From: Jatrophihabitans sp. | Lineage (GTDB): Bacteria > Actinomycetota > Actinomycetes > Mycobacteriales > Jatrophihabitantaceae | DNA length: 64,000 bases | Reading direction: 5' to 3' | NCBI GenBank assembly: GCA_025927835.1 | Contig: JAICKR010000003.1 | Location: forward strand, 32 to 64,031 | Shown: positions 19,891-29,012 of the stretch, in pieces | Layout: the number at the start of each line of letters is the position of its first letter | How positions within the stretch are numbered: the stretch's first letter is position 1 | Program-made: the position numbers and the translations under genes | The notes under the pieces: model-generated | What the model saw: only the letters and a program-made list of their open reading frames with translations | Database searches by the model: none | Told to the model about the DNA's origin: nothing

Positions 19891-20531
19891 TGCAGCCCAG
19901 CGCGCTGCTGCCGTACGAACATTCCCTGCTCACCGGCGCGGCACTCGCCCTGTACCGCCAGGACTCCTGCTCGACGACGCGGCTCGACGTAGCTCGCTGG
20001 TGTCGGCCGGCCGACTCGACGGACCTGTCGATCCTCGAGCACGCGGTAGGCCCGGCCCTCGACATCGGCTGCGGCCCCGGCCGCATCACCGCCGCGCTGA
20101 ACGGACACGGACTGTTCACCATCGGCATCGACATCTCCGCGGTCGCCGTCGCGATGGCGCGAGCGGGCGGCGTGACCGCCCTGCGCCGCAACGTGTTTCG
20201 CGCCCTCCCCGGCGAGGGTCGATGGAGAAGCGCCATGCTGCTCGACGGGAACATCGGCATCGGTGGGCGGCCGGAGGCGCTGCTGCGGCGCGCGCGTGAA
20301 CTGCTCACACCCGGCGGCGTGGCGCTGGTCGAGACACACCCGGACCCGTTCGCCGACGAGCGCCTGACCGTGCGGCTCACCCACACCGGCGCCACCGTCG
20401 GCGCCCCTTTTCCGTGGGCCTTCGTGGGCGGCACCGTCCTACGCGACATCGCCGAGGACGCCGGCTTCGACGCCGCGCACGAGTGGACCGCGAACGACCG
20501 CAGCTTCACCGTGCTGCGGTGCCGACGCTAG
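19890..20531 (+). CDS. Class I SAM-dependent methyltransferase
   Basis: LDIGCGPGR, LLDGNIGIGG. Confidence 0.85.
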   Translation: MQPSALLPYEHSLLTGAALALYRQDSCSTTRLDVARWCRPADSTDLSILEHAVGPALDIGCGPGRITAALNGHGLFTIGIDISAVAVAMARAGGVTALRRNVFRALPGEGRWRSAMLLDGNIGIGGRPEALLRRARELLTPGGVALVETHPDPFADERLTVRLTHTGATVGAPFPWAFVGGTVLRDIAEDAGFDAAHEWTANDRSFTVLRCRR

Positions 20532-20619
20532 CGAACAGCGCTCCTCGGCGCGGCGCCGTCGTCCCACGCGGGTGTGGACGGCAGCCTCGATTGTCGGGCC
20601 GCCCTGCTAGACAGGGAAC

Positions 20620-22740
20620 ATGACCGGCGTACGCGACCTGACCGAGCTCCGTGCCCAGGCGCAGCGGCATCTCCTCGCCCTGGCGGGCGACGGCGCAGTC
20701 CTGCACGACGACCAGTGGACGGCGATCGCGGCGTTGGTGGCCGAGCGGCGGCGGGCGCTGGTCGTGCAGCGCACCGGGTGGGGCAAGTCAGCGGTGTACT
20801 TCATCGCCACCGCGCTGCTGCGGGCCGAGGGCAGCGGACCGACGGTCATCGTCTCGCCGCTGCTCGCCCTGATGCGCAACCAGATCGCGGCGGCCGAACG
20901 CGCCGGCATCCGGGCGACGACGATCAACTCGACGAACGTCGACGAGTGGCGCCAGGTCTACGCGGACGTGTCGCGCGGCGAGGTCGACGTGCTGCTGCTC
21001 TCGCCCGAGCGGCTCAACAATCCCGACTTCCGTGACAACGTCCTGCCGCAGCTCGCGGCGACCTGCGGGCTGCTCGTCGTCGACGAGGCGCACTGCATCA
21101 GCGACTGGGGGCACGACTTCCGCCCCGACTTCCGCCGGCTGCGCACCCTGCTCGCCGAGCTGCCCGACGGCATTCCGGTGCTCGCGACCACGGCCACCGC
21201 GAACAGCCGGGTGGTCGACGACGTCGCCGACGTGCTCGGCCTCGGGCAGGACTCCGCGGGTGATGTGCTGGTGCTGCGCGGCACCCTCGACCGCGAGTCG
21301 CTGCATCTGGGCGTGGTCGAGCTGCCTTCGACGGCGCACCGGCTGGCGTGGCTCGCCGAATACCTGGGCACGTTGCCCGGCGCCGGCATCATCTACACGC
21401 TCACCGTCGCCGCCTCGCAGGAGGTTGCGGGTTACCTGCGCGAGCGGGGGTTCCGGGTGGTCGCCTACTCGGGGCAGACCGAACAGACCGAACGGCTTGC
21501 CGCCGAGGACGACCTGCTCAACAACCGGGTGAAGGCGCTCGTCGCCACGTCCGCGCTCGGAATGGGCTTCGACAAGCCCGACCTCGGGTTCGTGATCCAT
21601 TTCGGTGCGCCCTCGTCGCCCATCGCGTACTACCAGCAGGTGGGCCGCGCCGGGCGCGGTGTCGATCGGGCCGAGGTGATCCTGCTGCCCGGCGCCGAGG
21701 ATCAGGCGATCTGGGACTACTTCGTCTCGGTCGGCTTCCCCGCAGAGGAGCATGTCCGCGCCGCGCTGCGCACGCTCGCAGCCGACGGGGCGCCGATGAG
21801 CACGGCGGCGCTCGAGACCCGTGTCGAGCTCTCCCGGTCGCGGCTCGAGGCGATGCTCAAGGTGCTCGACGTCGACGGCGCGGCCAAGCGGGTGCGCGGC
21901 GGGTGGATCGCGACCGGCGCGGAGTGGCACTACGACGCCGAGCGCTACCGCAAGGTGGCCGAGGCGCGCCGGGATGAGCAGCGCGCGATGCGCGACTACC
22001 AGGCGGCCACGACGTGCCGCATGCGGTTCCTGCGCGAACAGCTCGACGACGCCGGCGCGAGTGATTGTGGCCGCTGCGACAACTGCGGCGGGCTCACGCT
22101 CGTCCACGACGTCGATGCCGGAGCGGTCTCGTCCGCGTCGTCCGTACTCACCCGCCCCGGCGTGCCGTTCGAGCCGCGGCGGATGTGGCCGAGCGCGATG
22201 CCGGGCCTCGGTGTCGACGTGCGCGGCAAGGTGCCTGCCGCGGAGCAGCCCGAGACCGGTCGGGTGATCGCGCGGCTCACCGATCTCGGCTACGGGTCGT
22301 CGCTGCGCTCACTGCTCGCCGCCGACGCCGCCGACACACCGGTGCCCGACGAACTGATCAAGGCCGCCGTCCAGGTGCTCGCCTCGTGGGACTGGACGCA
22401 GCGCCCGGCCGCCGTGGCGCACATCGGCTCGCGGCGCCGGCCGACGATGATCGCCGCCCTCGCCGCGCGGCTGGCCGACATCGGACGCCTGACTCACCTC
22501 GGCGAGATCCCGCACGCCGGGCACTCGTCGACCGGACGCACGAACAGTGCGCTGCGCCTGCGCGACGTGTGGAGCAGCTATCCCGTACCCGACGAGCTCG
22601 CCGCTCAGCTCGACGGGCAGCCGGTCCTGCTCGTCGACGACCTCGTCGACACGGGCTGGACGTTCACCGTCGTCGCCCGGTTGCTGCGCCGCGCCGGGGC
22701 AGGCGAGATCTACCCCTTCGCCCTTGGCCTCGCCGCGTAA
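20620..22740 (+). CDS. recQ: RecQ-family ATP-dependent DNA helicase
   Basis: TGWGKS, DEAHCISDWGHDFRP, TATA, QQVGRAGR, Zn-binding CR...CGRCDNC, PRTase-like tail. Confidence 0.9.
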   Translation: MTGVRDLTELRAQAQRHLLALAGDGAVLHDDQWTAIAALVAERRRALVVQRTGWGKSAVYFIATALLRAEGSGPTVIVSPLLALMRNQIAAAERAGIRATTINSTNVDEWRQVYADVSRGEVDVLLLSPERLNNPDFRDNVLPQLAATCGLLVVDEAHCISDWGHDFRPDFRRLRTLLAELPDGIPVLATTATANSRVVDDVADVLGLGQDSAGDVLVLRGTLDRESLHLGVVELPSTAHRLAWLAEYLGTLPGAGIIYTLTVAASQEVAGYLRERGFRVVAYSGQTEQTERLAAEDDLLNNRVKALVATSALGMGFDKPDLGFVIHFGAPSSPIAYYQQVGRAGRGVDRAEVILLPGAEDQAIWDYFVSVGFPAEEHVRAALRTLAADGAPMSTAALETRVELSRSRLEAMLKVLDVDGAAKRVRGGWIATGAEWHYDAERYRKVAEARRDEQRAMRDYQAATTCRMRFLREQLDDAGASDCGRCDNCGGLTLVHDVDAGAVSSASSVLTRPGVPFEPRRMWPSAMPGLGVDVRGKVPAAEQPETGRVIARLTDLGYGSSLRSLLAADAADTPVPDELIKAAVQVLASWDWTQRPAAVAHIGSRRRPTMIAALAARLADIGRLTHLGEIPHAGHSSTGRTNSALRLRDVWSSYPVPDELAAQLDGQPVLLVDDLVDTGWTFTVVARLLRRAGAGEIYPFALGLAA

Positions 22741-22773
22741 CGGACCGATCGGTACCTGTGGCTCGGCCCCCGG

Positions 22774-23259
22774 TCAGCCCGTCATCTTGTGCGCAAGCCG
22801 GGTGGCGGACGCTTTGGTGAAGTCGCCGCTCAACAGCACGGCAGTCCGAAACGGGTCGAACGTGACCGGGACGGACACGACGACGTCGTCGCTGATGTAG
22901 GCGAGGAAGTCGGCGCAGGGCGTCTTGACGGATTCGCCGCACGGCGGTTTCGCTGAGGTCTGGGTGACCGCCCGTACGTCCGGCTTCGGGAGCGCCGGAG
23001 GGTGTGCACAGTCGACTCCGCGAAGCGCGTTCACAAGCTGCGTCTGCTGCGCCGAGGTCAATCTGCTGTACGCATCCTCGTCGGCCGGCACATGCACGGC
23101 GGCGAACGCGTCGGGTTGCACTGTGGTGACGTGCTGGGCTGGCATGATCACCGCCCGCACCTCCAGCGCGCCCGATGACGCGCCGCCACCGGACGACGTG
23201 CACGCCGACAGGGCGAACAGCGCCGCCCCGGCCACGAACGCACCGCTCCGGAGGCGCAT
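22774..23259 (-). CDS. Lipoprotein with SecDF P1-head-like C-terminus
   Basis: Lipobox ALSAC; VVSVPVTFDP...LSGDFTKASATRLA. Confidence 0.5.
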   Translation of the reverse strand: MRLRSGAFVAGAALFALSACTSSGGGASSGALEVRAVIMPAQHVTTVQPDAFAAVHVPADEDAYSRLTSAQQTQLVNALRGVDCAHPPALPKPDVRAVTQTSAKPPCGESVKTPCADFLAYISDDVVVSVPVTFDPFRTAVLLSGDFTKASATRLAHKMTG

Positions 23260-23269
23260 GGCCACCCCT

Positions 23270-24262
23270 TTACGACGCAGCGTCGGCGAGCCCGAGGAAC
23301 TTCCGTGCATTGTCCCGGAGGAGCCGGGTGCGTGTCGCATCGTCCAGGAAGGCGGCCGCACGGACGAGGCCACCGGCCGGCCGCTCCCCGAGCGGGTACG
23401 GGTAGTCGCTGCCGACGACGACGAAACCCGCGCCCACCGTGTCGACCAGCAGCCGCAGCGCGCGTTCGTCGAACACCACGGAGTCGACGTAGAACCGGCC
23501 GAGGTAGTGCGAGGGCGGATGCTCGGAGGTGCCGACGACGTCGTGGCGCTTGTGCCACGCGTTGTCCATCCGCCCGATCCAGAAGGCGAAGGAGCCGCCG
23601 CCGTGCGCGAAGCAGATCCGCAGGTCGGCACCGACCGCGTCGAACACGCCGCCGAGGATCATCGCCAGGATCGACAGATGTGTCTCGGCCGGCATGCCGG
23701 CGAGCCACTGCGCCATCCAGCGCTCCAGCCGCGGTCCGCCCGGCAGGTCCCACGGATGCACGAAGACCGGCGCGCCGAGCGACGCCGCGTGCTGCAGGAA
23801 CGTCACGATGCCCGCGTCGTCCAGGTCCCGATCGCCGAGATGGTTGCCGATCTCGACGCCGGCGTGCCCGGCGGCCAGGCAACGTTCGAGCTCGCGGCAC
23901 GCCGCGTCCGGATCCTGCAGCGGAACCTGGCAGAACGGCACCAGCCGGTCCGAGGTCGCGCAGATCTCGACCGCCCGGTCGTTCATGATCGTCGCGATCC
24001 TGCCCGCCTGGTCGGCCTCGGCGGAATAGGAGAAGAACACCGGCGTCGGCGACACGACCTGTACCTGCACACCGTCGAGATCCATGTCCGCGAGCCGGAC
24101 GGAGGCGTCCCAGCACTCGGCCCCGACGCGCCGGAATTCCGCGTCGCCGAGCATGATCATCGCGTCGCGCTCGGACTCGATGCGCAGCCACGGTGCGTTC
24201 GGGCCCAGGTCCGGCCAGCCGAACGGGACGTAGTGGCTGTGGACGTCGATCGCGTCCGTCAA
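23270..24262 (-). CDS. nbaD: 2-amino-3-carboxymuconate-6-semialdehyde decarboxylase (ACMSD)
   Basis: IDVHSH, VSPTP, FVHPWD, GMPAET, AHGGGSF, GSDYPYPLGE; follows the 3-HAO gene. Confidence 0.88.
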   Translation of the reverse strand: MTDAIDVHSHYVPFGWPDLGPNAPWLRIESERDAMIMLGDAEFRRVGAECWDASVRLADMDLDGVQVQVVSPTPVFFSYSAEADQAGRIATIMNDRAVEICATSDRLVPFCQVPLQDPDAACRELERCLAAGHAGVEIGNHLGDRDLDDAGIVTFLQHAASLGAPVFVHPWDLPGGPRLERWMAQWLAGMPAETHLSILAMILGGVFDAVGADLRICFAHGGGSFAFWIGRMDNAWHKRHDVVGTSEHPPSHYLGRFYVDSVVFDERALRLLVDTVGAGFVVVGSDYPYPLGERPAGGLVRAAAFLDDATRTRLLRDNARKFLGLADAAS

Positions 24263-24264
24263 GT

Positions 24265-24786
24265 TCAGCCCTTGCCCGGGTGCAGGTGGCCGCAGCTCTT
24301 GCAGGTGCGCGCCGCCTCGTCCGCGTAGAACGCGGTGAACACGGGCGGGAGGTCGACGACGATGTCGCGCACCTGCAGTTCGACCTCGTGCACCAGCGCG
24401 TTGCAGTTCGGGCAGTACCATTGGAACTTCTCGAGCGTGCCCTCCTCACGCACCCGCTCCATGACGAGCCCGATCGAGCCCGCCTCCGGTCGCTGCGGCG
24501 AGTGCGGTGTGTTTCCGGGCAGCAGCCACGTCTCGCCGGGGCCGATCTCGACCGACTCCGGCTTGCCGTCGACCATCAGGTCGACGTGCATCGTGCCCTC
24601 GACCTGATAGAACCACTCCTCGTACGGGTCGACGTGATAGTCGGTGCGCGCGTTCGGACCGCCGACGATCATCACGATGAAGTCGGTGCCGACGGTGAGC
24701 GTCTTGTTGCCGACCGGCGGCTTGAGCAGGTGTCGGTTCTCCTCGATCCACTGCTGCAGATTGACCGCGTGCAGGTTGATCGTCAT
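24265..24786 (-). CDS. nbaC: 3-hydroxyanthranilate 3,4-dioxygenase
   Basis: LKPPVGNK, GGPNARTDYH, PHSPQR, two CxxC rubredoxin motifs. Confidence 0.95.
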   Translation of the reverse strand: MTINLHAVNLQQWIEENRHLLKPPVGNKTLTVGTDFIVMIVGGPNARTDYHVDPYEEWFYQVEGTMHVDLMVDGKPESVEIGPGETWLLPGNTPHSPQRPEAGSIGLVMERVREEGTLEKFQWYCPNCNALVHEVELQVRDIVVDLPPVFTAFYADEAARTCKSCGHLHPGKG

Positions 24787-25190
24787 CGACCCTCCGGATG
24801 CTGAGGTGGCGCGTACGCCACGGCCTGGATCTCGAGCAGCAGGTGTGGGTGCGGCAGCTGGTGCACCGCGACGGTCGTGCGGGTCGGCCCGTCCTCGTCG
24901 AAGTACTCGGCCCAGACCTCGTTGTAGCCGGCGAAGTCGTTCATGCTCACCAGGTACGCGGTGACCTGGACGAGGTCGGCGAGGTCTGCACCGTTCGCGT
25001 CCAGGATGGCGCGGATGTTGTCGAGGACGGCGCGCGTCTGCACGCGGATGTCGAGGTCGGTGGTGCCGAGCTCGTCGACCGTGGCGCCGGCGATCGTGTT
25101 GTCGGGGCGGCGCGCCGACGTGCCGGATACGTAGATGTGCGGACCGACCCGCCTGGCCAGCGGGAACCGGCCGCGTGGCGTGATGGTCAC
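24783..25190 (-). CDS. RidA-family 2-aminomuconate deaminase
   Basis: VSGTSARR, LVSMNDF, PTRTTVAVHQLPHP. Confidence 0.88.
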   Translation of the reverse strand: MTITPRGRFPLARRVGPHIYVSGTSARRPDNTIAGATVDELGTTDLDIRVQTRAVLDNIRAILDANGADLADLVQVTAYLVSMNDFAGYNEVWAEYFDEDGPTRTTVAVHQLPHPHLLLEIQAVAYAPPQHPEGR

Positions 25191-25918
25191 AGGGCGCCCT
25201 GAACCGACGCGGTGCCGAGGCCCTCGACGAGCGCCTCGACCCGGTTGGCCCCGAACGGGACGGCCGCGGTCGCGGCGCCGGCGAGGATCACGTCGCCGGT
25301 GCGCAGCGCGATGTCGTACTTCGCGGCCAGCCCGACGAGCTCGTCGAGCGCGCGCATCGGGTGGCCGAGGATCGCCGCGGTGGAACCCGTCTCGACCTCG
25401 ACACCGTCGACGAGCAGGTGCACGGGGAGGTCGGCGACGTCGCGCACCGGTTGCCACTCCCCGACGACGAACGCGGCGGCGGACGTGTTGTCCGCGATCA
25501 CGTCCGGCAGGCTGAACCGGAAGTCGCGGTAGCGCGAATCGATGATCTCCAGCGCCGGCGCCACCGCGTCCACGCAGTCGGCGATGTGGTTGCCGCCGAC
25601 GTCGCGGCCGAGCCGGAACGCGACCTCCGGCTCGATGCGCGGGTGGATGAACCGGCTCAGCTCGACGGTCGCGGTATGGTCGACCTGCATCGCGTCGGTG
25701 AGCCGGCCGACGATGAGTTCGGACACGCCCATCTGGGCCATCTTCGCCTTGCTCGTGAAGCCGAGCTTGCTGCCGACCAGCCGCTCGCCACGCGCGAGCC
25801 GGCGCTCGATGAGCTCGCGCTGGATGCGGTAGGCCGCGGCGAGGTCCGGATCGAGGTCGAGTTGCGCGACCGCGGCGGTGCTGCGCTGCGCGTCGTCGAG
25901 GATCGCGGCCGAGCTCAT
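25187..25918 (-). CDS. 4-oxalocrotonate decarboxylase (FAH family)
   Basis: KLGFTSKAKMAQMGV, HPRIEPEVAF, EIIDSRY, ADNTS. Confidence 0.85.
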   Translation of the reverse strand: MSSAAILDDAQRSTAAVAQLDLDPDLAAAYRIQRELIERRLARGERLVGSKLGFTSKAKMAQMGVSELIVGRLTDAMQVDHTATVELSRFIHPRIEPEVAFRLGRDVGGNHIADCVDAVAPALEIIDSRYRDFRFSLPDVIADNTSAAAFVVGEWQPVRDVADLPVHLLVDGVEVETGSTAAILGHPMRALDELVGLAAKYDIALRTGDVILAGAATAAVPFGANRVEALVEGLGTASVQGAL

Positions 25919-27372
25919 AGCTGGATGCACACGTTGGTCGGCTCGGTGTAGAAGTCCAGCGAGTGCTCGCCGCCCTCGCGGCCGATGCCGGACAGGCCCA
26001 CCCCGCCGAAGGGCGAGCGCAGGTCGCGCAGGAACCAGGTGTTGACCCACGACATGCCCACGTTCATCCGCTGCGCGACGCGGTGCCCGCGCGACAGGTT
26101 CGTCGTCCACACCGACGACGCGAGCCCGTAGTCGGTGTCGTTCGCGAGCGCGATCGCCTCCTCCTCGGTGTCGAAGGGCACGAGCGACGCGACCGGGCCG
26201 AAGATCTCCTCACGCATCGGCCGGTCGGCGTTCGAGAGGCCCGTCCAGATCGTCGGCTCGATCCACGACCCGCCGTCGAGGTTGTCGCCGAGCGCCGGGA
26301 TGCCGCCGCCGACGACCGTCTTCGCGCCGGCCTCCTCGGCCAGCTTGTAGTAGCCCAGCACCTTCTCCCGGTGCTCGCGCGAGATGAGCGGACCGGTGGT
26401 GGTGGCGTCCGCGTCCGGCCGGCCCAACTGCAATCCGCGGGCGCGCTCGGCGAGCCCGGCCACGACCTCGTCGAAGACCGGCCGCTCGCCGTAGACGCGC
26501 TGGGTGCACCGGCAGACCTGACCGGTGTTCGCGAACACCGACCGGGTCAGCCCGTCCAGCGTCGCGTCGAGATCGGCGTCGGCGAAGACGAGCGCGGCAT
26601 TCTTGCCGCCGAGCTCGAACGAAACGGAACGAACCCGCGACGCGACCGCGCGCATGATCGCCGAGCCGGTCGCGGTCGAGCCGGTGAACGTCACGCCGTC
26701 GATGCCGGGGTGCTCGACCAGGAACTGGCCCGCCGAGTCGGGTCCGAAGCCGTGCACGACGTTGTAGGCACCGGCGGGTAGCCCGGCCTCGTCGAGCACC
26801 TCGGCCAGCAGCGTCGCGCTGGACGGCGTCTCCTCGCTCGGCTTCACCACCACGGTGTTGCCACACGCCAGCGCCGGCGCGACCTTCCAGGTCAGCAGCA
26901 GCAGCGGCAGGTTCCACGGCACGATGACCGCCACCACGCCGAGCGGCTTGCGCACAGCGTAGTTGAGCGCCTTGCGGCCGTCGGCGAGGTCGGTGAGGAA
27001 CGAGGGCTGCCCCGCGGCGCCGACCGTGTCCGCGAACGAGCGGAAGTTCGCGATCGCGCGGGCGACGTCCAGTTCACGCGCCTGCCGGTACGGCTTGCCC
27101 GTGTCGCCGCACTCGGCCTGCACGAACTCCTCGAACCGGGCCTCGATGCGGTCGGCGACGCGGCGCAGCACGGCCGTGCGGGTGGTCACCGCTGTCGCGG
27201 CCCAGCCGTCCAGCGCGCCGCGTGCCGCCGCGACCGCCCGGTCGACCAGTTCGGCGTCCGCCTCGTGCACCCGGGCGAGCACCGAACCGTCCACCGGGCT
27301 GATCTTGTCCCAGCACCGCTCGTCCGGCTCGACGAACGCACCACCGACGAAGTTGCGGATGTCAGCCACCAC
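25915..27372 (-). CDS. 2-aminomuconate/2-hydroxymuconate semialdehyde dehydrogenase
   Basis: PWNLPLLL, KPSEETP, FTGST, FELGGKN, GQVC, EEIFGPV, WFLRDLR. Confidence 0.9.
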   Translation of the reverse strand: MVADIRNFVGGAFVEPDERCWDKISPVDGSVLARVHEADAELVDRAVAAARGALDGWAATAVTTRTAVLRRVADRIEARFEEFVQAECGDTGKPYRQARELDVARAIANFRSFADTVGAAGQPSFLTDLADGRKALNYAVRKPLGVVAVIVPWNLPLLLLTWKVAPALACGNTVVVKPSEETPSSATLLAEVLDEAGLPAGAYNVVHGFGPDSAGQFLVEHPGIDGVTFTGSTATGSAIMRAVASRVRSVSFELGGKNAALVFADADLDATLDGLTRSVFANTGQVCRCTQRVYGERPVFDEVVAGLAERARGLQLGRPDADATTTGPLISREHREKVLGYYKLAEEAGAKTVVGGGIPALGDNLDGGSWIEPTIWTGLSNADRPMREEIFGPVASLVPFDTEEEAIALANDTDYGLASSVWTTNLSRGHRVAQRMNVGMSWVNTWFLRDLRSPFGGVGLSGIGREGGEHSLDFYTEPTNVCIQL

Positions 27373-27397
27373 ACCAGGTATACCGGTCCCGCGGCGT

Positions 27398-28000
27398 TCA
27401 GGCGATGACGACGGTGGTGCCGATGTCCGCCCAGCGGTAGAGGAACCGGATCGCCGCGAGCGGCATGTGGACGCAGCCGTGCGAGCCACCCGTGCGGTAC
27501 TCGGGGCTGCCGTACGGGAACGTCTGCCACGACGAGTCGTGGAATCCGTACAGCGGGGCGTCGAACGGGATCCAGTACTGCACCGGATATGCGCGCCCGT
27601 CCGTCGGGTACAGCACGCTGTCACGGTTGAGGCCCTGGATGTGGAACGTGCCGCGTGGCGTCGCGTTGTACGGCTCGGCCGACGCGCCACTCGTCATCGG
27701 GGTGCTCAATGCCACCCGGTGTGCCGCGCACAGCCACATGTGCTGCGTGCGGATGTCGACCAGGACCAGCCGCCGCGCGGCAAACCGCGCGCAATGGTTC
27801 GGTTTCGGGACTGCGGGACGGGCGGCCGCGGGCGTAACGGCCGCCGGCGCCGTCGACGTCGGGGCGGCCCACAGGCTCACCTGCTCCCCCGCCGAGCGCT
27901 TTGCGGGGCTGTGTTCGTGCCGCATCGCGACGATCCCGCCCGCCGCGAAGCTCAGGACGGTGACCAACCCGGCCAGCGCCATGCGCAGCGCCCGCATCAC
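27398..28000 (-). CDS. L,D-transpeptidase (YkuD family)
   Basis: Signal/TM segment, TPRGTF, GFHD, GSHGCV catalytic motif. Confidence 0.85.
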   Translation of the reverse strand: MMRALRMALAGLVTVLSFAAGGIVAMRHEHSPAKRSAGEQVSLWAAPTSTAPAAVTPAAARPAVPKPNHCARFAARRLVLVDIRTQHMWLCAAHRVALSTPMTSGASAEPYNATPRGTFHIQGLNRDSVLYPTDGRAYPVQYWIPFDAPLYGFHDSSWQTFPYGSPEYRTGGSHGCVHMPLAAIRFLYRWADIGTTVVIA

Positions 28001-28068
28001 ACCTCCCTCGTCGGCATGTTCCGTAGACGATCAGCGGCAACCGGAGGTTGCCTGTTACCGCCGATCGG

Positions 28069-29012
28069 TCAGCCGTCGTCCCGCTCGCGCAGCATGCGCG
28101 CAAGCGTCCGCAGCAGGGTCCAGGCGATGGACGGGCTGTTCTGCACCAGCGGCCGGAAGTCCCACAGCGTGATGCCCCGGCAGACGAGCTCGGTGTCCGC
28201 CGTGACGGTGGCCGAGCGCGCACCCTGGTCGACGAGCGCGATCTCGCCGAAGTACTGGCCCGGGCCCAGTGTCCGGCGGAACGCACCACGCACGGTCACC
28301 GTCGCGGTGCCCGCGTCGATGAGGTAGAACGCCGCGGCGTCCGAGCCCTCCTTGGTCACGGTCTCGTCGGCAGCGAAGACCCGCTCCGTGCACAGGCCGG
28401 CGATCGCGTCGCGATCGGCCGGGGCGAGATCGGCGAACAACGACACCTGGCCGAGCGACTCGCCGAGGGACGGCGGCGTCGCGGGCACGGCCGCCGGTGC
28501 CGCAGCCGCGGCCGGCCCGGCGGCGCCGGCCGAGCGGGTCACCGCCCGGCACTGCAGCAGGTAGAGCCGTCCACCTGCGAAGGCCCACTCGATGTCGCGC
28601 CCGTCGCCGTACACCCGCTCGCACTCGTCGGCCAGCGCCGACAGCGCCTGCACCTGCTCGTCGCCGAGTCCGAGTTCGCCGACCACCAGATCGCGCGCAC
28701 CGCACCTTCGACGTCGTCGGCCGACGGGACGTTGAGCACGGTCAGGTGCTGACCGGCGAAGCTGGCGCCGGCGCTGTCCTCGTCGACGCACGACGACCGC
28801 ACGGCGAGCGGCGTCGGCAGGGCGCGGACCGCGTCACGCAGCGCGGCGGTCGCGCCGGCGCGGCCGGTCGCGATGTCGCCGACCTCGGGACCGGGCAGCG
28901 CGACACCGGGCGGAACCGGGAGCCCGGCGCGCAGCGCGTCGCCCAGCCCGACCGCCTTCGCGCCGTAGACCGCCTCCTCGTCCGCGTCGGCCAGCGCGAC
29001 GATGCCACTCAC
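28069..29012 (-). pseudogene. PEP/pyruvate-binding (ATP-grasp) dikinase subunit fused to a cNMP-binding domain, internally deleted and frameshifted
   Basis: GAKAVGL, AVRSS..DED...SFAGQH in one frame; DIEWAF..LYLLQCRAVT plus cNMP FGEIAL...RSATV in another; junction at about 28661-28668. Confidence 0.8.
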
